21,577 nt of DNA from a virus (taxonomy: Duplodnaviria; Heunggongvirae; Uroviricota; Caudoviricetes): IMG/VR virus record IMGVR_UViG_3300044824_000100, positions 64,001 to 85,577 of that record; one strand, 5' to 3'. Of the stretch, positions 8,701 to 16,000 are shown one piece after another. The notes below the pieces were generated by a model. The model had not been told where the DNA came from and searched no databases. It worked only from the letters and a program-made list of their open reading frames with translations. How positions within the stretch are numbered: position 1 is the first letter of the stretch; each line of letters opens with the position of its first letter. A program made the position numbers and the translations under genes.

Positions 8701-10481
8701 TTGGCACTTTATCCGGTTGGGCTCAACAAAACCAAGCTAAACCATCAGGCGATGGCGCTGTGTCTGGACTTCCTATCATCGCTGTCAATGTAGGTTCTAA
8801 CTACGTAGATGTAGTCAATCCATTTGGTACGGCCATGTCAGCTACCACTGTCGGTAGCGGCACGGTTCAGATATGCCCAACTCCAGTTATTCAGTGGACT
8901 CCAGCACACGCAGCCTATGTAGATGTTGCGACCCTAAGCAGCGTTTCAGATGTCGTGACAGTCAACACAGAAACTGCACACTTCTTGAATACCGGCGACA
9001 GTATCAGTTTCCGTGATAGCACTAATGTCCCAGATGGTGTTTACACCGTAACTGTCACAAGCGCAACACAGTTTACGTTCAGTTTTTCTGGCCCTAACTT
9101 TACCGAGACACCAACGTTCGCATCGTTGATACAGTCTACTCTCACGCAATCACGTTATAGGTTGCAATCCCTCAAGTTCAATAGTTTGATGAGACTTAAC
9201 AGACAAAACGGTCAGTCTCCAAGCTTTATCGATGTGGGCGTTGCCGTAGATGACTACATAGTTTTCAGCGGAACAACGTTCTCTTCGAACAACAACGGGC
9301 GCTTCAGAGTACTTGCTGTAGACAACGACTCCATCATATTCATCAATCCATCTGGTACAGACCAGATAAACACGATCAGGCCAATGAACAACATGGGCTT
9401 CGACGCTGTGTTCACTGCCAACGCAAGCTACATCACTGGTCCTGTCGGAACATTCAAGTATGTGCAGGTCGGCGATTGGGTAAAAGGTCAAGCAGATCCA
9501 GACTCCTATTACTTACAAGTGTTGAGCATCAACAATGCTAATCCTGCACTTGCAACCCAAATCAACCTGGGTGGTAATTATGCTGGTGCAACAGGATCTG
9601 CAATAGGTGTTGTATACAGAGAAACAATAGATTATGACCAAGGCGTATTCCTAGAGAATGCTGGCGATATCGCCATCTATGAAGGCGATGCAGTATGTCA
9701 AAACGATACGCTATACGTGCAAGATCTTGTTGAGCCAGGATGGTTTAACGTTAACAACGTGGGCAGCTTCAATATCGTTCAATACGGTACAGAAGCTAAC
9801 TACTTGCCATTCGTAAGAGTAATCAACGCCGCTGGTGTTACGGCCAACACAGCTGACATATCTGTAAGCCCAGATGGCTTCTACATCATAGAAGGTCTCG
9901 CTAACAAGTTCTACACCATAAGGGAAGTAGTATACTCAGTATTGGACTCTACGAATAGCAATCTAAGGAATATCTACATCACTCCTTGGAGCAGAAGTTA
10001 TAAGTTTACTCCTGCTAATGCCTCCAGCATCACGCACTTGGGCAAAATCGGCTACAGTAATAATGTCGTTATTGGTATCGATGGATATACATACTATACG
10101 GGCTTGCTACAAAAGGTGCAACGCATCGTAGACGGCTTCGAGCCAGATGCTACTGATTATCCAGGGCAACGTGCAGTTGGAAGTGCTATCGAGACGCTAC
10201 CTCCTCTACCGTTTCAGGTTAACCTAGCACTTACAGTAATTACTAACGCTGGCGTGAACCTGGGAGATGTGTCTAATAACATCAAGTCAACTATCATTAA
10301 CTATGTAGAGGGTCTAAGCGTCGGTGCACCTATCGTGCTTTCGCAGATCATCGCTGACATTCAGCCAATCACTGGTGTCGCATCTGTAGTATTCACTAAC
10401 CCAGTACCAAGCACACAGAGCATTACACTGGCAAACAACGAGAAGGCTATCATCTCGGCTGACAATATTTCAATAGCGTAA
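2751..10481 (+). CDS. Giant baseplate J-like (T4 gp6 / P2 gpJ / XkdT family) wedge protein with a ~2100-aa multi-domain insertion including a DUF3494 ice-binding domain (2576 aa)
   Basis: J-like N-terminus ([59 protein letters not shown]). J-like C-terminus ([14 protein letters not shown]...[26 protein letters not shown]..ITGV). The ATG overlaps the HNH stop (TAATG). Confidence 0.9.
   Translation: [2576 protein letters not shown]
6522..7769 (+). repeat. Two ~100-aa homologous modules (6522-6815 and 7470-7769) flanking DUF3494 copy 1
   Basis: [16 protein letters not shown]...TVATKIVQA...ITN..NG..P....GTSGFSMST versus [16 protein letters not shown]...TVALAIVQA...LTN..NG..P....[10 protein letters not shown]. 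Confidence 0.75.
6825..7424 (+). other. DUF3494 ice-binding-like domain, copy 1 (aa ~1359-1558 of baseplate J)
   Basis: Canonical motifs: [35 protein letters not shown]; helix [65 protein letters not shown]. Confidence 0.9.
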
Positions 10482-10484
10482 CGT

Positions 10485-12983
10485 ATGGCAAACAACATTA
10501 CCAAGATTGATCAGATTCACAACATAATGCCAGCGCATTTCAACACCAGGACCAATCCTAACTGGAATGCGTTGATCACGGCCATTGGTCAATCAGATCA
10601 AAACCTGGCTAACCTGATAGTCGCTATAAAAAATCAATTTTTTATCAAGACCGCTAGCGCTCCTTACTTAGATAACCTGGCAGCCAATGATGGGGTTTCT
10701 AGACCTGCAGGCACGGGTATGAGCGATACGACGTTTAAGCAGTTTATCCCAGTGATGGCATATCAACCAAAGCAGGTTAAGTTGATCATAGATCAACTGC
10801 TCAATATATTCTTTTCTAAAGAAACCACCACAGCTTTTATAGAGTCTGGTAAGGCACAACCGTACATTCTTGAGGATGGGTGGGAGTTAGAGTACACGGT
10901 AGATGGCATCTACGATGAGCTTATTACTTTTCACACGGCCGATTTCACAAATATTGGTGCCGCACTGGCTGAAGAGATAGCGGCTACCATAAATAGACAA
11001 GCAGAACACAGTGCTGCAGAGAGCTATTACGACAACACCAATAAACTTTACTATGTAAAGATATTCACGAACACCGTGGGTTCAAAAGGATCAATTCAAT
11101 TGGTCGGTGGACGTGCAAACATAGCTTTGCAGTTCAACGGCTTCATAACTACGGCCGGAACAGCTACGAACACCGAATGGACAGTGACTAAAGTCGGGGA
11201 AAAGGTCACATTTCAGTATGTCGGAGGAAACTCTCCTGGGCTGAATCAGCTTCAGGTCGGTAACGTGTTTATATCGCTAATCCCGGATAATATAGGGTCG
11301 TTTCCTATCACCAGTATTGATTTAAGTAACAACAGTTTCACATTTGATAACCTATTTGCTACTCCTGGGACATATACACAGACTGATTCTACGCAAAGCA
11401 AGTTTTTCGTAGCCGACAAGTACGTGGTTTACACCCAGGATGTACGCGCCGTAACGTGGGAAGTTACACCAGGTGAAGTCATCGTCGAAATCCCAGCTAC
11501 TCCCCCTGTTGTCAAAAGATCGCTCATTGGCGCTGCCCACATAAACGGTGCCGAGAGTCTAGTCACTGCAACTAACAGTCTTACGTCAATTACTGTATCA
11601 GATGCGTCGCAGTTTCCGCTATCCGGGACGTTCTGGCTCCAAAAGGAAGAAGAAATAATCACAAGATATCTCACTCCTACTCAGGATACCATCTCTACAA
11701 ACACCTTTAACACGAGGTTTCAGGGAAGACCTATTGAATACACGTATGCAAGTAGGATCGTGTTGGAAACCATAGGCAACACGGTAACTGGTAGCACTAT
11801 TGTTTCTAATCTTGGATCAACAGCTGGCCTAGTGGTAGGTCAGAATGTGTTTATGACAGGTGTACCGTCATATGCACTTATCACCGAGATTCTAGGAGAC
11901 ACAGTTACGCTAGATTACCCGGCCACGGCAGATGGTACGGCCGTGATCGTACAATTTGGCGGCAATACGCTCAACGGCATCACGCCAAATTTGCCAGCAT
12001 TGGCCACACTCAACACTAATACGCTTACATCGTTAGTTAGATCGGGTGACGTAGTAACTGCTACAACTACAACTCCACATGGTTATCAGGTAGGTGACGT
12101 AGTTACCGTATATGGCTCAAGCGGTATAGTGAGCACAACTGCCACAGGCACAATAAGCACTGGATCGTCAGATATCACCGGCGTCTCTCCTGTTGGTACT
12201 ACGTCGCCAGGGGAATTAGTAGTTGGAACATACATTCCACAAGGTACTCTAGTCAAAGATGTAGTTGGAACTACAGTTACTATGACCCAGGTTGCTACCA
12301 ATAATGCTACTGAAACTATAAACTTTAATGAGAACTTAAACGGTGCATTCGTTATAACCTCAGTGACTGGGAACACGTTTACTTATGACTCCATCGGACT
12401 AGATGGCACTGCAACAGTAGCAGGAACCTCTGAGTTTGATGTCATTGGTATGGCACCGACAGGTTCGTTAGTGTTGATCACCGGCGCCCAACCAGTTAGT
12501 TTCACCAGGATACCTGGTCCTTATGTTTGGGATCTCACTGCGCCATTTGTGTTATCTGACAACGTCGCACTGCTGACGGAGAGCATACAGGCTGGCCAGA
12601 CGATACCGCTTCTAACCTTAAGTGAGAACACGATCCCATCTACTAGTGGTTTTGTAGTATTTGACTACGGCTTGAATACACAAGAGGGTCCTGTCAAGTA
12701 CCTATATACGCCTAACAGCACAACCATCGTTATAGACCCATCTTACACGTTTCAATACAGCCATGCTATCGGCTCCAGTGTTATCTCGATCGACAACAAA
12801 GGTCCCCATATAATGAGTGGCCTTGGAACTGAGTATCCACCGTATATCACCAATCCGTCAGCAGTCAGAGTTACTCTTGAGCAACTCATAGAGTCAGTGG
12901 CCAGCGCTGGCATATTCATAGACTTCTTGGTACGCTATCCAGACCAACTTTATAGCGTTTTACCAACATATACAGTAACATGA
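10485..12983 (+). CDS. Baseplate wedge gpI-like (P2 gpI / Mu gp48 / T4 gp7-type) protein with inserted beta modules (832 aa)
   Basis: gpI-like N-terminus (FFIKTASAPYLDNLAANDGVSRP....SDTTFKQFI). gpI-like C-terminus (LEQLIESVASAGIFIDFLVRYP). Directly follows J after a 3-nt spacer. Confidence 0.75.
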   Translation: MANNITKIDQIHNIMPAHFNTRTNPNWNALITAIGQSDQNLANLIVAIKNQFFIKTASAPYLDNLAANDGVSRPAGTGMSDTTFKQFIPVMAYQPKQVKLIIDQLLNIFFSKETTTAFIESGKAQPYILEDGWELEYTVDGIYDELITFHTADFTNIGAALAEEIAATINRQAEHSAAESYYDNTNKLYYVKIFTNTVGSKGSIQLVGGRANIALQFNGFITTAGTATNTEWTVTKVGEKVTFQYVGGNSPGLNQLQVGNVFISLIPDNIGSFPITSIDLSNNSFTFDNLFATPGTYTQTDSTQSKFFVADKYVVYTQDVRAVTWEVTPGEVIVEIPATPPVVKRSLIGAAHINGAESLVTATNSLTSITVSDASQFPLSGTFWLQKEEEIITRYLTPTQDTISTNTFNTRFQGRPIEYTYASRIVLETIGNTVTGSTIVSNLGSTAGLVVGQNVFMTGVPSYALITEILGDTVTLDYPATADGTAVIVQFGGNTLNGITPNLPALATLNTNTLTSLVRSGDVVTATTTTPHGYQVGDVVTVYGSSGIVSTTATGTISTGSSDITGVSPVGTTSPGELVVGTYIPQGTLVKDVVGTTVTMTQVATNNATETINFNENLNGAFVITSVTGNTFTYDSIGLDGTATVAGTSEFDVIGMAPTGSLVLITGAQPVSFTRIPGPYVWDLTAPFVLSDNVALLTESIQAGQTIPLLTLSENTIPSTSGFVVFDYGLNTQEGPVKYLYTPNSTTIVIDPSYTFQYSHAIGSSVISIDNKGPHIMSGLGTEYPPYITNPSAVRVTLEQLIESVASAGIFIDFLVRYPDQLYSVLPTYTVT

Positions 12984-13002
12984 GAGGCTAACTTAGGATA
13001 AG

Positions 13003-13015
13003 GTAGAATAGAGTT
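13003..13015 (+). promoter_or_regulatory. Putative -10 element GTAGAATAGAGTT directly upstream of the ATG at 13016
   Basis: TAGAAT (13004-13009) + 6 nt + ATG, the same geometry as at 2158-2170. Confidence 0.45.
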
Positions 13016-16000
13016 ATGGCCGTACTTGGAAGACTACTAATTAGCTCTGCAGAGCGACTCGATCTCCCAGATCTGCTCAGCATAGATAGCTATTCTGCGG
13101 GCGACTGGAAGTACTTCATGGATACCCTTGTAGGCGAGGACACTCCCTACATCATCAAGGGCTTTGACGTAATCAATCCAGGGCTAGCTATTGGTACTCA
13201 AAACATCTCGATTAACATTGCCGACTCAGCTATGTACTATCCAGGCTCTGGGGCAGGTTCATTCTTTTATGGCCTACCAGCTGGTAGCCCAAGTGCACAA
13301 CCACTTGTCCCATCGCTCGTACTAAACGCGACAAACTATGTTTATCTAACATTTACCACTGCTGCTACAGCAGAGGACACTAGAGCATTCTGGGATCCAG
13401 ACGCTAACGGCGGACAGGGTGACGAGTTCACTCAGGAAGTGAACACTGAATCCGTAATCCAGGTTCAGGTGAATGTTTCAACAGGTTCATTCCCAGATAA
13501 TACAGTTCCAGTGGCCATCGTAGTTGTGGGCCCAACATCCATCTCTAGCATCGAAGATGCAAGACCGATGATGTTCAGACTAGGAACTGGTGGCATCGAT
13601 CCTAATCCTTCGAACAGATTCGCATGGCCAGCAATTCCTAGCACCATGTACGAGCAGATGGAGACTCCAATCACCATCACCTCGTTCTCGCAACCAAACC
13701 CTTTTCAGGGTGGCGACAAGAATATAACATCACTAAAGCAGTGGATGGATGCGGTTATGTCGCAGCTGGCAAATATTGCCGGCACGCAGTATTGGTATGA
13801 AGACAACGCTACCTTTAGCTTGGTGAGCTTGTTCAATGATTTGAACATCACCTTCTACTCTAAAGGAAAGTACGAACACAGTTCATCCGTCCCAGGCGAA
13901 CTCACTTTAACCGAAAACCTAGTTGTTAAGAGTGCTAATTCTCCACAGGACATAATCATTCAACCTGGCACTATAATAATCCCAGATGAATATGTCGCAT
14001 ATATTACGCTCAACAGCGCTCAACCAGTAAACTCTCTCAACCAACCAGTTCTCTGGACAAACGGCTCGCTGTATCTAAATACTCCTAATGGCTCTATCGG
14101 ATATTTCTCAGAGTTAAGCGTTGGCGACTGGGTTACTGCAGCAGGCGATCCTGGTAATTACGCTCTACAAGTAGAGCAGTTCTATAGCGGTACGAACGGT
14201 AGCGGATCTGTCACGACTGCTGCAAATGCTAAATCTGTCCTATTAGGCGGTACGTACCAAGGGTTAACCGGCAGTAAACTTGGTGCCTTCAATCAGGGCA
14301 TCTATGCAATCAGCGACATACAGATTCAACCTAGATCTAGCCCAGCAATCGCTGCGGCTGGTGGAAATTTCCTATGGTTGGTGCTACGCAGTGATACCAT
14401 CGAAGGAATCGGAGATATCCACGCTGTTACCGTATCTGGCACTCTCACTGTAACTGACGGCAGTGCCGCATCTCCAACTGGCACAGTTGCAGAAGTTATA
14501 GCGATGGGCCATGGCATGATCGATGGAGATCGTATCACTGTCACCGCTCCATTCGGACAGGTAGGAACGTACACAGTAGAAGTAATCGATGCTAACACGT
14601 TCTTCTTTAATACGACTAGTACCTCAACCGGCGCATTCACGGGTTTCTACGGGTTATGCACAACCGTAGCGCTAGGTAACGAATCAGCGAATAACGGATT
14701 TGAATCCGGCGAAACTGTTAACATCGCTGGAACCACAAACTATAACGGCGAGTACGTAATTAATTACAGATCCCCAACGCAGTTTGAGTTTCCATTTGGT
14801 TCTATTCCTACTCCACCGCCAGGAAGTCCAAATCTAGCAACCGCGGCAGAGTATGCTGTTCTAGCTGGTTCAGCTATTACAAATACTGGTTCAACAGTTA
14901 TCACTGGAAACCTTGGTTTATATCCTGGAACATCTGTGACTGGTTTTCCACCTGGCACGGTATCGGGAACGCAGGATATAGCTGAAGCAGCAGCTCAACA
15001 GGCTGAAGTGGACGCTACCAACGCCTACAATGCGATGCAGGCCTTGACTCCAACTATTATTCCTACAGAACTCGGTGGTCAAACATTGGCGCCTGGAATA
15101 TATGCAGCTTCGTCTGGCACATTTACACTGAATGGGACTTTGACGCTTTCTGGTACTTCTTCAAGTGTATATGTATTTCAAACAGCAAGCACGCTTATCA
15201 CCGGTGCATCTTCCACTCCAGTCGTAGCTCTTGGCAGTGTGTTACCAGCTAACATCTACTGGGCAGTCGGAAGTTCAGCCACTATTAACTCCGGTCACGC
15301 CGGCACGTTTCCTGGTAATATCGTTGCCCAAGCAAGCATCACGGATACCCTGGGCGGCACAGTAAACGGCAGATTAATTGCCTTGACGGGTGCGGTAACA
15401 TTCAGTGCTGCTGCTACATTAAACGCTCCATCGGTTGGCCCAACGCCTCCACCAACAGTTTTAGGACCTGCAGGAACGTTCGCTATATTAGCTGCTTCTG
15501 CAGTAACCAACAGCGGTTCAAGTGTGTTAACGGGAAATCTAGGCATCAGCCCAGGTACTTCTATTACCGGCTTCCCACCAGGAACATATACTGGAACAGA
15601 AGATATTGCTAACACCGCTTCGGCAGTAGCGCAAGCGGCAGCCTCTAGCGCGTATACGACGTTGTCAGGCATGACGTCGACAGCTATCCCATCCATCCTC
15701 GATGGTCAAACCCTTACTCCCGGCGTCTACCGTGAAGCCAGTGGAACCTTTAATCTAGCTGCTTCCGGAAACGGAACCTTGACGCTGAACGGCGCAGGAC
15801 AGTACGTGTTCATCTGCTCAAGCACCTTAACAACGGGCGCTGGCGGTATTCCTACTATTGCACTAACTAACGGTGCTCTAGCTGGTAACATCTACTGGGT
15901 TGTAGGTTCTTCTGCTACCATTAATTCTGGTAACGCTGGAACATTCCAAGGTAACATCATCGCGCAGGCTAGCATCACGGATACGTCTGGCGGTACTGTC

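Noticed and set aside
2751-10481. Intein or intron as the cause of the giant J gene
   Set aside because: No Cys/Ser...His-Asn splice motifs, LAGLIDADG motifs or frame interruption were seen. The insert consists of structural beta modules.
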